From an uncultured bacterium (GTDB taxonomy: Bacteria; Elusimicrobiota; Elusimicrobia; Elusimicrobiales; Elusimicrobiaceae), in the NCBI GenBank assembly GCA_949291545.1, contig CASEWB010000009.1, forward strand, positions 201,874 to 265,873: DNA of 64,000 nucleotides. Reading direction: 5' to 3'. Each line of letters starts with the position of its first letter. Position 1 is the first letter of the stretch. The position numbers and the translations under genes were made by a program. Shown piece by piece: positions 44,357 through 54,573 of the stretch. A model generated the notes under the pieces. That model did no database searches, was not told where the DNA came from, and saw only the letters and a program-made list of their open reading frames with translations.

Positions 44357-45748
44357 ATGGCTGCTAACATTACCGTTACTCCTTTTAAAAAAGTTCTTAT
44401 TGCCAACCGCGGCGAAATTGCCCTGCGTGTAATCCGCACGCTGAAAGAAATGGGCATTCAGTCCGTGGCCATTTATTCCGAAGCCGACCGCAACAGCCTG
44501 CATGTGCGCATGGCGGACGAAGCGGTGTGCATTGGGGCGGCGCCGTCTCCGGTAAGCTATTTAAATATTGACGCTATCGTAACGGCTGCCAAAATTACTG
44601 GGGCGGATGCGGTTCACCCGGGTTATGGCTTTTTGTCGGAAAATGCCGACTTTGCCGATGCCGTGACCAAAGCCGGCATGACGTTTATCGGGCCGACGGC
44701 GCAGGCTATCGAGATGTTGGGCGTCAAATCCACCGCGCGCGAAATTGCCGTCAAAGCCGGCGTGCCGATCACTCCCGGTTCGGACGGCGTGGTGGGCAAG
44801 GATTACCGCGAAGTAGCCCGCAAAATCGGTTTTCCGATTATGATTAAAGCTTCTTTGGGCGGCGGCGGCAAGGGTATGCGCGCGTGCCTGAAAGAAGAAG
44901 ACTTGGATTTGATGATGAAAACCGCCCAGGGCGAAGCCAAAGCCAACTTTGGCGACGACCGCGTGTACTTTGAAAAACTCGTTTTAAATCCGCGCCATAT
45001 TGAAGTGCAGGTGGCGGGGGATAATTATGGTAATGTAGTGGCCTTTGCCGAGCGCGACTGCAGCATGCAGCGCCGCCACCAAAAATTGGTGGAAGAATCT
45101 CCTTCCCCGTTTGTGGACCCTGTTACCCGCCAAAAACTCCAGGAAGCGGCGTGCAAGCTGGTCAAAGCAGCCCAATACCGCGGCGTAGGCACGGTGGAAT
45201 TTTTGATGGCGCAAAATAAAGAATTTTATTTTATGGAAGTAAACACCCGCCTGCAGGTGGAACACCCGGTGACGGAGTCCGTTTGCGGGCAGGATTTGGT
45301 CAAGATGCAAATCCAGATTGCCCAAGGCGAACCGCTGCACATTACGCAGCAGGATGCGGCCGTGATTAAATGCCACGCCATCGAGCACCGCATTAACGCC
45401 GAAGACAGCGAACATAATTTTACTCCTTGCCCCGGCACGATTGAAGAATGGATTCCCGCCGGCGGATTAGGCGTGCGGGTGGACAGCCATATGTATACCG
45501 GCTACACAATCCCCAGCTATTACGACAGCTTGATTGCCAAGTTGATTGTAACCGCGCCGGACCGCGAGCATCTGCTTGCGCGCAGCCGCCGCTGCTTGGG
45601 CGAATTTTTGGTGGGCGGCGTAAAGACGACCATTCCCTTCCACCAAAAAATCGTAAATAACGAAGATTTTATCCGCGGAAATATGGATACGGGCCTGATT
45701 GAACGTATGATGGCCCAAGAGAAGGAAGCCCGTGAAAGCCAAAAATAA
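44357..45748 (+). CDS. accC: Biotin carboxylase subunit of acetyl-CoA carboxylase
   Basis: [36 protein letters not shown] and [14 protein letters not shown]-like ([14 protein letters not shown]). Confidence 0.9.
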   Translation: MAANITVTPFKKVLIANRGEIALRVIRTLKEMGIQSVAIYSEADRNSLHVRMADEAVCIGAAPSPVSYLNIDAIVTAAKITGADAVHPGYGFLSENADFADAVTKAGMTFIGPTAQAIEMLGVKSTAREIAVKAGVPITPGSDGVVGKDYREVARKIGFPIMIKASLGGGGKGMRACLKEEDLDLMMKTAQGEAKANFGDDRVYFEKLVLNPRHIEVQVAGDNYGNVVAFAERDCSMQRRHQKLVEESPSPFVDPVTRQKLQEAACKLVKAAQYRGVGTVEFLMAQNKEFYFMEVNTRLQVEHPVTESVCGQDLVKMQIQIAQGEPLHITQQDAAVIKCHAIEHRINAEDSEHNFTPCPGTIEEWIPAGGLGVRVDSHMYTGYTIPSYYDSLIAKLIVTAPDREHLLARSRRCLGEFLVGGVKTTIPFHQKIVNNEDFIRGNMDTGLIERMMAQEKEARESQK

Positions 45749-46196
45749 AATTTTGGGCCCGCGTGCGCTCAAGAAATTTGTAGAAGAAGCCCGCCGGGAA
45801 GGCCGTAAAATTGTTTTTACCAACGGATGCTTTGATATTCTGCACGCCGGGCATGTGAGCGTGTTGGAATTTTCGCGTTCCAAAGGGGACGTGCTGGTAG
45901 TGGGTTTGAACAGCGACGCTTCCGTGCGGCGCTTAAAAGGGCCCACCCGTCCGGTGAACTGCCAGGAGGACCGGGCTTTGGTACTGGCAGGGTTGGAGAG
46001 TGTGTCGGCGGTAAGTATTTTTGACCAAGACACGCCCTACGAAATGATTAAACTCGTCCGCCCGGACGTATTGGTTAAAGGCGGCGATTATAAAACCGAC
46101 GAAATTGTCGGCCGCGAATTTGCAAAAAAAGTGGTGCGTTTTCCTTTATTAAAGGGGCGCTCTACTACGAATATAATTAAAAAGGTTAGTAAATAA
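45732..46196 (+). CDS. D-beta-D-heptose-1-phosphate adenylyltransferase (RfaE domain II type)
   Basis: [20 protein letters not shown] and [21 protein letters not shown]. Confidence 0.8.
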   Translation: MKAKNKILGPRALKKFVEEARREGRKIVFTNGCFDILHAGHVSVLEFSRSKGDVLVVGLNSDASVRRLKGPTRPVNCQEDRALVLAGLESVSAVSIFDQDTPYEMIKLVRPDVLVKGGDYKTDEIVGREFAKKVVRFPLLKGRSTTNIIKKVSK

Positions 46197-46257
46197 CCGC
46201 CTGCGGCTTCCACTGGGAAGACCGCCGGGCGGGTTGTTGCGCCACGAGGATAAAAAT

Positions 46258-47448
46258 ATGTCTGATATTTTTGAGAAATGCAGAAATTACAAGGACGCCA
46301 AACTGGCCATGCGCATGGGTATTTACGGCTATTTCCAGCCGATTGAATCCGCGCAGGGGCCGGAAATTGTGTTGGGCGGTAAAAAATACATTATGGCCGG
46401 TTCCAACAACTACTTAGGGTTGGCGGACGATCCGGAAATGAAAAAAGCCGCCAGCGAAGCCGCTTTGAAATACGGCACAGGCTGCGCCGGTTCGCGCTTT
46501 TTGAACGGGAATACTAAAGCCGCCGACGAATTGGAAGCCCGGATTGCCCGGTTTAAACGCAAAGAAGCGGGTTTGATTTTCTCTACCGGATATCAGATGA
46601 ACTTGGGTGTAGTGTCGTGCCTGGTTAAAAAAGGCGACTATGCCATCGTGGATAAGCTGGACCACGCCAGCATTTTGGACGGCGTGAAACTTTCCGACGG
46701 CGAAATGATACGCTTTAAACACAATGACCCGGCCGACTTGGACCGCGTGTTGTCCAAATTGCCCGAGGAATCCGGCAAGCTTATTATTGTAGACGGCGTG
46801 TTTAGTATGGAAGGGGATATCTGCCCCTTGCCGGAAATTGTCAAAATTGCCAAAAAATACGGGGCCCGCATTATGGTGGACGATGCCCACGCAACGGGTA
46901 TTATCGGCAAAACGGGCCGCGGCACCTGCGAGTACTTCGGTTTGGAAAACGGCGAAGTCGATTTGGTAGTTGGTACTTGTTCCAAAACGTTTGCCACGGT
47001 AGGCGGCTTTGTGGTGGGCGATGCAGACATCATTCACTACATTCGCCACAATGCCCGCAGCCAGATTTTTTCCGCTGCGCTGCCGCCGGCTTCCGTAGCT
47101 TCCATCACCAAGGCGTTGGAACTAATTGAAAACGACACCTCCCGCCGCGACAATCTGTTCCGCTTGACGGCCAAACTTAAAAAAGGGCTGGAAGATTTAG
47201 GCTACAATTTGGGCACCAGCACCACGCCTATTTTGCCTGTGCATATGGGCACCAATGAAACCTGCTTTAAAATGTGGCGCGCCCTGCACGAACTGGGTAT
47301 TTTCTCTAACCCGGTGGTCAGCCCGGCGGTGCCGCCCGGCCACGCCTTGATGCGCTTGACGCTTATGGCTACCCATACCGACGAACAAGTGGATAAAATT
47401 ATTGAGGCGTATGCCCAAGCTGGTCGTTCCATCGGTATCATTAAATAG
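46258..47448 (+). CDS. PLP-dependent alpha-oxoamine synthase family (BioF/KBL/serine palmitoyltransferase-like)
   Basis: GSNNYLGLADDP, DDAHATGIIG and GTCSKTFATVGGF (PLP Lys). Start at MSDIFEK. Confidence 0.75.
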   Translation: MSDIFEKCRNYKDAKLAMRMGIYGYFQPIESAQGPEIVLGGKKYIMAGSNNYLGLADDPEMKKAASEAALKYGTGCAGSRFLNGNTKAADELEARIARFKRKEAGLIFSTGYQMNLGVVSCLVKKGDYAIVDKLDHASILDGVKLSDGEMIRFKHNDPADLDRVLSKLPEESGKLIIVDGVFSMEGDICPLPEIVKIAKKYGARIMVDDAHATGIIGKTGRGTCEYFGLENGEVDLVVGTCSKTFATVGGFVVGDADIIHYIRHNARSQIFSAALPPASVASITKALELIENDTSRRDNLFRLTAKLKKGLEDLGYNLGTSTTPILPVHMGTNETCFKMWRALHELGIFSNPVVSPAVPPGHALMRLTLMATHTDEQVDKIIEAYAQAGRSIGIIK

Positions 47449-47519
47449 TTGTTTTTTCAAAACCCCGTTCTATCTGCCGTTTGTTAGACCGGGGTTTTCT
47501 TTTTACAGAGAGGTGCTTT

Positions 47520-48629
47520 ATGGCTGTAACTGTGCGGGAACTTTCCGATAAAGAATTAGACGCGTTTGTAGATTTTCCTTTTGAACTGTATAAAAACGAC
47601 CCATATTGGGTGGGGGAACTAAAAGCGGACACGAAACACCTGCTTCGGCAGGACAATATTTTTTGGACGCACGGCCGGCGGGCATTGTTTATGGCCTATC
47701 AAAATGGGAAAGCGGTCGGGCGGATTATGGCGCTGGTCAACCAGGCGCATAACGACTATCACCACGAAAATATTGGCTTTTTTGGCTTTTTTGATTGTAT
47801 AGACGACCCGGAAGCCGCCCAAGCCCTTTTTGCCGCAGCCGAAAATTGGCTCCGCGCGCAAGGCGTCAGTGCGGTGCGCGGCCCGGCGAACCCTTCCAGC
47901 AACCACGTTTACGGGTTGCTGGTGGACGGGTTTGACAGTATGCCGGCTATTATGATGCCTTACAACTATCCGTATTACGAACAGCTTATCACGCACGCCG
48001 GGTTTGAAAAGGTCAAGGATTTGCTGGCTTTCCACCGCACCAAAGACGACCAATTTTCCGAACGGTTTTTAAAAGTGTGTGCGCGCTGTTCCCGTGCGCA
48101 AGGGATTACGCTAAGACGGCTGAATTTAAAGAAAATCGACGAAGAAGCCGAAATTATCCGTAAAATTTATAACGAAGCCTGGGCCGAAAATTGGGGTTTT
48201 GTGCCCATGAGCCAGCAGGAAATGGCCGATGTGGTAAAAGAACTTAAACTGATTGTACGCCCCGAAGGTACCTGCGTGTTGGAAGAAAACGGCGTGCCGG
48301 CGGGATTCTATATTTTAATCCCCAATATGAACCATGTGCTCCAGGTGTTGAAAGGTTCGCTTACAAACCCGTGGCGGTTGGTTAAGGCGCTGTGGGCTTG
48401 GCGTAAAATTAAAGACGCGCGTATGATTATGCTAGGGGTTTCTCCGCAGTTTCGAAAGCGCGGGATTGATTTAATTTTGATTAAGCACATTATCGACCAC
48501 GGCGTAGCCGTGTGGAATGAGGCGGAACTTTCGTGGGTGCTGGAGGACAATGACGGAATTATCCGTGGCATTACGGAATGTGGCTGCCATTTGAGCAAAC
48601 GCTACCGGTTATATCAAAAAAGTTTATAG
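47520..48629 (+). CDS. GNAT-like acyltransferase-fold protein, function unknown
   Basis: About 370 aa. IGFFGFFDCIDDPEAAQALF...VRGPANPSSNHVYGLLVDGF and a second half with QFRKRGIDLIL. The family assignment is tentative. Confidence 0.4.
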   Translation: MAVTVRELSDKELDAFVDFPFELYKNDPYWVGELKADTKHLLRQDNIFWTHGRRALFMAYQNGKAVGRIMALVNQAHNDYHHENIGFFGFFDCIDDPEAAQALFAAAENWLRAQGVSAVRGPANPSSNHVYGLLVDGFDSMPAIMMPYNYPYYEQLITHAGFEKVKDLLAFHRTKDDQFSERFLKVCARCSRAQGITLRRLNLKKIDEEAEIIRKIYNEAWAENWGFVPMSQQEMADVVKELKLIVRPEGTCVLEENGVPAGFYILIPNMNHVLQVLKGSLTNPWRLVKALWAWRKIKDARMIMLGVSPQFRKRGIDLILIKHIIDHGVAVWNEAELSWVLEDNDGIIRGITECGCHLSKRYRLYQKSL

Positions 48630-48643
48630 CAAAAACTATAATT

Positions 48644-48672
48644 AAAAAGCGGAGCTTCGGCTCCGCTTTTTG
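48644..48672 (+). terminator. Rho-independent terminator
   Basis: aaaaagcggagc-ttcg-gctccgcttttt. Confidence 0.85.
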
Positions 48673-48733
48673 TGTTGTGTAGTGGGCAAAAATCATTTGG
48701 CGGCGGAAAAGTTGCCGCCCACATAAGAAAGGT

Positions 48734-48779
48734 GTAAAAATAAAAAAGGCCCTGTTCTTCCCACAGAAACAGGGCCTTT
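48734..48779 (-). terminator. Orphan Rho-independent terminator (minus strand)
   Basis: 12-bp stem aaaggccctgtt / aacagggccttt. On the minus strand it is followed by TTTTTTATTTTTAC. No CDS ends here. Confidence 0.65.
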
Positions 48780-49127
48780 GTAGCAGTTGCCGGACGGGCG
48801 AGTCCCCACTCGCGTCCGGACGGATAAAAACGGCGGTTTTTCCAATCAGCCAAGCAAAAACGGGCCGGGTAAAAATATGGGGCAAGCACTTCTTTTATAA
48901 CATAAAAGTTTTGGCGTCCGTTGGAAAGCCTAAAAATAGATTAGTTTAGAAAAGAGTTTCTCTGGGGGAAAAGCGCCTGCCCGCGGCCTGGCTTTAGGTT
49001 TGAGAGGGACAACGCTTTTAAAGCGGGGAAGATCCGCCCGTTGCGTTGACGGAATAGGAACGTGAGGGGCCGCCGGCTGAACAGAAAAATTGTATGGGCT
49101 GGCAGACTATCAAATATGGTTCGTGAA
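48780..49127 (-). ncRNA. Candidate non-coding transcription unit bounded by two minus-strand terminators; identity unknown
   Basis: About 350 nt without a credible ORF. It lies between the rluD terminator (49128-49159) and the orphan terminator (48734-48779). There are several GC-rich hairpins, for example ccggacgggcgagt-cccc-actcgcgtccgg. Confidence 0.3.
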
Positions 49128-49159
49128 ATATAAAAAATGCCCGGCGGGATAAGCCGGGC
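49128..49159 (-). terminator. Terminator of the rluD-containing operon
   Basis: gcccggc-gggataa-gccgggc. On the minus strand it is followed by ATTTTTTATATTT. Confidence 0.7.
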
Positions 49160-49177
49160 GGGATTTGAAGAACGGAA

Positions 49178-50089
49178 TTACTTTTTGTCTTGTGTTACGC
49201 GCTTCCACGCCGCCAAAAAATCCGGCGGGACGGGCGCTTCAAACATTAATTTTTTGCCTGTCAGCGGGTGTTTAAATTCTATACGCCGCGCGTGCAGCAT
49301 CAAACGGTCCGCCGTGGCGCCGCGGTACAGCCAGTCCCCCAGTACAGGGTAACCCAGCCAGCTCAAATGCACGCGCAGCTGGTTGGTGCGGCCTGTGCGC
49401 GGATAAAGCTCAATATAAGTAAATCCATTTTTGCGCTCCAGCACTTTGTAGTCCGTCACGGCTTCGCGCCCGACGTCGGACGCTTTTATCTTGCCGCCCG
49501 CCACACGCCCGATGGGCACGTCGATGGTGCCTTCGTCGTCCGGCACTTCGCCGCAGGCAATGGAGTGATACGTTTTATGCACTTCGCGGTTGGCAAACAG
49601 GGCCACCATTTCGGCTTGAAATTCCGCGTTTTTGGCTACTAACATTACCCCGCTTGTTTCGCGGTCCAAACGGTGCACCAGGCCCGCCCGCGGCATGGAC
49701 GTGTCAAACCCTTTGGGGGGATTGGCCAGGATGACGGACACCAAAGTTTCTTCGGTAGAGAAGACCGCCTCCGGGTGTTCTTCCCACACGGGGCTTTGCG
49801 GGTGCACGAGCATACCCGCAGGTTTAATGAGTACAAAAAAGTCCTTCGCGTCGTGAATGATTAAATCTTTTAAATCGGTTTTGGAGCTTGCTTCGGGCAG
49901 TTCAATTTCCACCACTTCACCCCGGGTAAGCGGCCAGGAAGGTTTTACCTTTTTTCCGTTGACGGTAATTTTGCCGTCCTTAATCATTTTTTGCACGATA
50001 GCGCGCGAAAAATCCGCCAGTTCGTCGGCGGCGAAGATATCTAAGCGGCGGGAATATCCGTCAAAAACGATTTTTTTAGTTTTAGCCAT
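49178..50089 (-). CDS. rluD: RluA-family 23S rRNA pseudouridine synthase (RluD-like, S4 domain + catalytic domain)
   Basis: GLVHRLDRETSGVMLVAKN contains the catalytic Asp. Also RTGRTNQLRVHL. Confidence 0.8.
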   Translation of the reverse strand: MAKTKKIVFDGYSRRLDIFAADELADFSRAIVQKMIKDGKITVNGKKVKPSWPLTRGEVVEIELPEASSKTDLKDLIIHDAKDFFVLIKPAGMLVHPQSPVWEEHPEAVFSTEETLVSVILANPPKGFDTSMPRAGLVHRLDRETSGVMLVAKNAEFQAEMVALFANREVHKTYHSIACGEVPDDEGTIDVPIGRVAGGKIKASDVGREAVTDYKVLERKNGFTYIELYPRTGRTNQLRVHLSWLGYPVLGDWLYRGATADRLMLHARRIEFKHPLTGKKLMFEAPVPPDFLAAWKRVTQDKK

Positions 50090-50867
50090 TTTGTGTATCC
50101 TTTTTCAAACGTATCCATAATACAAAGGCGACGGCCGCCGCCAACAAGGCGATTGCTTGCGAGGGGGAAAACCACAGCAAGTATTCACCCCGAAAGTCGC
50201 CGCGGAAAAATTCAATTATAAACCGCATTAAACTGTATCCACAAATATATTCTACCAGTATTGTTCCGGCCCGGTGCGGTTTTTTGTAAGCGGCGTGCAG
50301 CAGGAAAAATAAAATTAAGTTGCCTGCGGCTTCGTAAAGTTGGGTTGGGTGAAGCGCTACGTCCAGCAATTCCGGCGGTACCAGCGAATGCGGGTTTGTA
50401 AATACGACCCCCCAGGGCATTTCCGTCGGGCGGCCGTAACAACAGCCGGCTAAAAAGCAACCAATGCGCCCAAACGCGTGCCCCAGCGGCAGGCCCACAA
50501 TCAAAAAATCAGCCGTTTTAAGCAGGGGCAGTTTTTTCTTTCTAATGTACCAGACCAACGCCCCAACCGATACAATCATTCCGCCAAAAAACACAAACCC
50601 ATAGCGTATATCGCGCACGATATTGGTTAGTTTTTCGGCCAGCGTGGCGCCCAGCTGCGGCCAGGAAACAATAATGTACAGCAGTTTGCTGCCGGCTAAA
50701 GCACCGATAAAGGCGATAAAAATGAGGTTCCAAAAAGTGTCCTGGTCCAGCCCCACTTTTTTAAGGCGCGGCAGTAAATACAACGCCGCCGCCGCATAGC
50801 CCAGGGCGGTCATCAGCCCATAGCTGGCCAGCTCAAAAGAACCAATATGCAAAAATACCGGGTGCAT
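50082..50867 (-). CDS. lgt: Prolipoprotein diacylglyceryl transferase
   Basis: 261 aa, polytopic. Motifs are GRIGCFLAGCCYGRPT and HPTQLYEA. Confidence 0.85.
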   Translation of the reverse strand: MHPVFLHIGSFELASYGLMTALGYAAAALYLLPRLKKVGLDQDTFWNLIFIAFIGALAGSKLLYIIVSWPQLGATLAEKLTNIVRDIRYGFVFFGGMIVSVGALVWYIRKKKLPLLKTADFLIVGLPLGHAFGRIGCFLAGCCYGRPTEMPWGVVFTNPHSLVPPELLDVALHPTQLYEAAGNLILFFLLHAAYKKPHRAGTILVEYICGYSLMRFIIEFFRGDFRGEYLLWFSPSQAIALLAAAVAFVLWIRLKKDTQNG

Positions 50868-51475
50868 TAGAGCGCGTCCTTATCGCGGATGGCGTTTCGC
50901 ATAAACGGGTTTTTCAGCCGTTCATAGCCGATGGTGGAGCTGCATTTGCCGCCGTAGCTGTGCCCGGCGAAAATCTGCGTGTCTTCGGGCAGTTCGGAAA
51001 GTTTGAGTAAACTTTTGCGCATTTCGCGCGGGTTGGAAGAAGGCAAATCCACGCGCCCGCACGCACCGGGGAACAGCGTGTCGCCGGTGAAAACGGCATT
51101 GCCGATTTTAATGCACACGCCGCCTGCCGTGTGGCCGGGGGTGGGGATGATTTCCGCCTCAAACGGGCCGATGTGCAGGTGTTGGGCGCCTTCATAGGCG
51201 TTTAACATATGCGGGTCTATGCCGCAGAGCACGACGTCCTTTTTCTCAATATAGGCTTTTAGGTGGTGGTTTTCCAGTAGTTGCTGGGCGAATTTGACGT
51301 GGTCAAAATGGCCGTGTGTAAAAAAAACGGCCAGTAGATTTAAATTTTTTTCTTTTAAAGTGTGTTCCAAAAAATTTATGTCCCAGGCCGGGTCAATGAG
51401 CAAAGCGTCCGTCCCTTCGCTAACGAGGTACGTGCAGTTGTCCATCGGGCCCAGGTTAATAGCGTCTATATTCAT
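50867..51475 (-). CDS. MBL-fold metallo-hydrolase (glyoxalase II-like)
   Basis: VFFTHGHFDHV, PGHTAGG and GDTLF. Confidence 0.8.
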   Translation of the reverse strand: MNIDAINLGPMDNCTYLVSEGTDALLIDPAWDINFLEHTLKEKNLNLLAVFFTHGHFDHVKFAQQLLENHHLKAYIEKKDVVLCGIDPHMLNAYEGAQHLHIGPFEAEIIPTPGHTAGGVCIKIGNAVFTGDTLFPGACGRVDLPSSNPREMRKSLLKLSELPEDTQIFAGHSYGGKCSSTIGYERLKNPFMRNAIRDKDAL

Positions 51476-51482
51476 AAATCCT

Positions 51483-51782
51483 CTAATCTTGCGGTATGCG
51501 GAATTGTATTTCGCCGGGTTTTACCATATTGTATTGCGTTCGGGCGACTTCTTCCAGGTAAGCGGTGTCCTTTTTTTTAAGCAAGTCCATCTTGCGCAGC
51601 AGTTCTTGGTGTTGTTCGTCCAACAACGCGCTTTGGCGCGTCAGTTTGCGCATTTCCAATTTGTTGTGTACTAAGCTGTGGAAACTGCTTCCCAAAAAAA
51701 TCACAACCACTATTATGAGTCCGACGGCCCATAATAGTGGTTTTTGATGCCGGATTAAAATATCTTTTATTTCCTGCGCCAT
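51483..51782 (-). CDS. ftsB: Septum formation initiator (FtsB/DivIC family)
   Basis: 99 aa with one TM followed by a coiled coil. It lies immediately downstream of eno, which is conserved synteny. Confidence 0.6.
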   Translation of the reverse strand: MAQEIKDILIRHQKPLLWAVGLIIVVVIFLGSSFHSLVHNKLEMRKLTRQSALLDEQHQELLRKMDLLKKKDTAYLEEVARTQYNMVKPGEIQFRIPQD

Positions 51783-53053
51783 TATTTTTTAAATGCCGTC
51801 CCGCGGGCGTATACGGCTTTGTCGCCCAGTTCCGCTTCAATTTGCAGCAGGCGGTTGTATTTGGCCGTCCGTTCCGCACGGGCCGGAGCGCCGGTTTTGA
51901 TGGCGCCGGCGTTGGTGGCTACCGCCAAATCGGCGATAAATGTGTCTTCCGTTTCGCCGGAGCGGTGCGATACAATGCACGAATAACCGCTCTTTTTGGC
52001 CAGTTCCATTACGTCAATCGTTTCGGACACGGTGCCGATTTGGTTGACTTTAATTAAAATGGAGTTGGCGGCTTTTTCCGCAATGCCTTGTTCCAGGCGT
52101 TTGATGTTGGTGACGAACAGATCGTCCCCCACCAAATTGATTTTTTTGCCGAGTTTTTTGGTAATCAGCTTCCAGCCGTTCCAATCGTCCTCCTGCAGGG
52201 GGTCTTCGATGGAAATCAGCGGATAGGCATTGCACCAGGCTGTGTACAGGTCCGTCATTTGTTCGGCGGTGTGCATTTTGCCTTCAAAACGGTAGGCACC
52301 TTCGTGGTAGAATTCACTCGCGGCGCAATCCATCGCCAAAGACATTTCCGGGTGGCCGGCTTTTTTGGCGGCGGCCAAAATGGTTTTCAGCACGTCTTCG
52401 TGCTTGGTGATTTTCGGCGCAAAGCCGCCCTCGTCGCCCACAGCAATCACCATACCTTGTTCTTTAAGCAGGCCGCGGAGCGCGTGGTATGTTTCGCTCG
52501 CTTCGCGCAGGGCTTCGGCGAATGTTTTGGGGGCGGTGGGGACAATCATAAATTCTTGTACGTCCAGGCCCGAATCGGCGTGTTTGCCGCCGTTAATGAT
52601 GTTGAGCATCGGGGCGGGAATGACGTAATTGTCGTAATGCAGGCCGTATACGTTGCGGATATGCTGGTACAAAGGCAGTTTGGCGCTGTGGCAGCCGGCA
52701 CGCAATACCGCCATCGAAACCGCCAACATAGCATTGGCGCCCAAGCGGGATTTGTTTTCCGTGCCGTCCAGGGCAATCATACTTTCGTCTACCAAGCGGA
52801 TATCAAACGGGTCCATACCGGCCAACTGCTGGGAAATACGTTCTACATTGGCTACGGCTTGCAACACGCCCTTGCCGTTGTAGCGTTCGCCGCCGTCGCG
52901 CAGTTCCAGCGCTTCGTGCGACCCGGTGGACGCGCCGCTGGGTACGGCGGCCGTGCCGGTGTTGCCATCGTCTAGCATTACGTCTGCCGCTACGGTAGGA
53001 TAACCGCGCGAGTCCAAAATTTCTCTTGCTGTAATTTTTCTAATACGAGCCAT
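51782..53053 (-). CDS. eno: Enolase
   Basis: MARIRKITAREILDSRGYPTV, GDDLFVTN, IKVNQIGTVSET and SHRSGETED. Confidence 0.95.
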   Translation of the reverse strand: MARIRKITAREILDSRGYPTVAADVMLDDGNTGTAAVPSGASTGSHEALELRDGGERYNGKGVLQAVANVERISQQLAGMDPFDIRLVDESMIALDGTENKSRLGANAMLAVSMAVLRAGCHSAKLPLYQHIRNVYGLHYDNYVIPAPMLNIINGGKHADSGLDVQEFMIVPTAPKTFAEALREASETYHALRGLLKEQGMVIAVGDEGGFAPKITKHEDVLKTILAAAKKAGHPEMSLAMDCAASEFYHEGAYRFEGKMHTAEQMTDLYTAWCNAYPLISIEDPLQEDDWNGWKLITKKLGKKINLVGDDLFVTNIKRLEQGIAEKAANSILIKVNQIGTVSETIDVMELAKKSGYSCIVSHRSGETEDTFIADLAVATNAGAIKTGAPARAERTAKYNRLLQIEAELGDKAVYARGTAFKK

Positions 53054-53085
53054 ACAAATCCCCCTTCGGCCGGCTGGGCCGAGTG

Positions 53086-54573
53086 TCAGACAATACTGTC
53101 TATAATCTTTTTGCCTTCTTTAATGAGTGCGGCCGGCAGTTTTTCGTCCTGCGATTCCGCATACATACGGATAAGTCTTTCGGTGCTGGAAGGGCGTATC
53201 GCCAACCAGCTGCCGCCTTTTAAGATAAACTTAAAACCGTCGGTAGAGTCAATGCGCCAGACGGAAGTTTTATTAATGGACAAAGGCGGGCGGATATCCA
53301 ACCGTTCCATAATCCGGTTGATTTCCGTTTCCGTTTTGGGAATACTGACTTTTTGGTCGAACAGCTGTTTGTATTTTTTATAGAAATCTTTCCGCAGTTG
53401 TTTGAAGGTTTTCCCTTCTACGGCCAGCATATCCACCACCAGCAGGCAGGCCAACAGGCCGTCCTTATCCGGGATATGGTTGGCTACGGCAATCCCGCCG
53501 GACTCTTCCATCCCCATAATATACTGCCCGGTGGTCATTAATTCGGTGATGTATTTGAACCCTACCGGTGTTTCGCGCAGCATAAGCCCGTTGGTTTTGG
53601 CCACTTGGTCAATGAGGTTAGACGTAATCACGCTGCGGCATACACGGCCTTTTAGCTTTTTGTTGCGGACCATATGTTCCAACAGCATGGGTGCAATTTC
53701 GTTGGGAGAAACCCATTTCCCGTCGGCGTCAATAATGCCGAATTTATCGCAATCCGGGTTGCAGGCAATACCCAAGTGCATTTTTTTAGAGGTTACCAGT
53801 TTGCTTAAATCCGTTAAGCTTACCGGGCCGGCGTTGGGGGTATGCCCGCCGAAGAGGACGTCGTCCCCTTCGTGGATCCCTTCCACCGTTACGCCGTATT
53901 TTTCCAAAAAATCGCGGAAGTAATTTTTGGCCGTGCCGAACAGCGGGTCTATGGCGATTTTGAGTTTTGCTTTCTTTAACGCTTTGACGTCAATCATTTT
54001 TTCCAAGCGCGCCAAATACCCTTTGCGCAGGTCTTTGGTTACGACGGCCGCCGCGTTTAAATAGCCAAACTCGGTAGAAGAAGCTTTTAAAATTTGGGCA
54101 CTGGGGGAGGGAATGCGTTTTTCGATATCTTCCACAATTTCGTTGTTGGCAATGCCTCCGTAGTAGGAAATCCATTTTACGCCGTTTACATAATACTCGG
54201 CTTCGCTGCCGGTAATAACAATCGCTCCCACGGCGCATTCATTTAATACAGCCCATTCGGCCACCGGGGTGGGGAGGGGCAGTTCGGCTACTTTGACGGT
54301 AATCCCGCTTTGCACCAAAGCGTTTGCGGCGATATAGGCAAATTGTTTTGAGAAAAAACGAGTGTCAAACCCCACCAACACGAGGGGCTTTTTGGGTTTT
54401 TTGCCTTGCGCGGCGCAGTGCTTGCGGTATCCTTCACCTTCAAAACCATAAAAAGGATGTTCCAAAATATGTTCGGAAATCCCGTAAGCCAAACGTTGTA
54501 CGGACTGGGCGGTAAGCCCGTCTGCGGTGACGGCCCGAAAGCCGGCGGTGCTAAACTTGATATCTTCACTCAT
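53086..54573 (-). CDS. Alpha-D-phosphohexomutase family protein (PGM/PMM-like) with divergent active-site loop
   Basis: 495 aa with the four-domain pattern. GIACNPDCDKFG is the metal loop (D.D.D variant) and GMEESGG is the sugar loop. TGSEAEYYVNGVK replaces the usual TASHNP..YNGIK. Confidence 0.7.
   Translation of the reverse strand: MSEDIKFSTAGFRAVTADGLTAQSVQRLAYGISEHILEHPFYGFEGEGYRKHCAAQGKKPKKPLVLVGFDTRFFSKQFAYIAANALVQSGITVKVAELPLPTPVAEWAVLNECAVGAIVITGSEAEYYVNGVKWISYYGGIANNEIVEDIEKRIPSPSAQILKASSTEFGYLNAAAVVTKDLRKGYLARLEKMIDVKALKKAKLKIAIDPLFGTAKNYFRDFLEKYGVTVEGIHEGDDVLFGGHTPNAGPVSLTDLSKLVTSKKMHLGIACNPDCDKFGIIDADGKWVSPNEIAPMLLEHMVRNKKLKGRVCRSVITSNLIDQVAKTNGLMLRETPVGFKYITELMTTGQYIMGMEESGGIAVANHIPDKDGLLACLLVVDMLAVEGKTFKQLRKDFYKKYKQLFDQKVSIPKTETEINRIMERLDIRPPLSINKTSVWRIDSTDGFKFILKGGSWLAIRPSSTERLIRMYAESQDEKLPAALIKEGKKIIDSIV

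Noticed and set aside
48780-49127. RNase P RNA, tmRNA or 6S RNA identity for the ORF-free unit
   Set aside because: I could not find GAGGAAAGUCC / ACAGAAnnnGGCUUA-type RNase P cores at the right spacing, a tmRNA tRNA-like end, or a tag ORF. Identity is left open.
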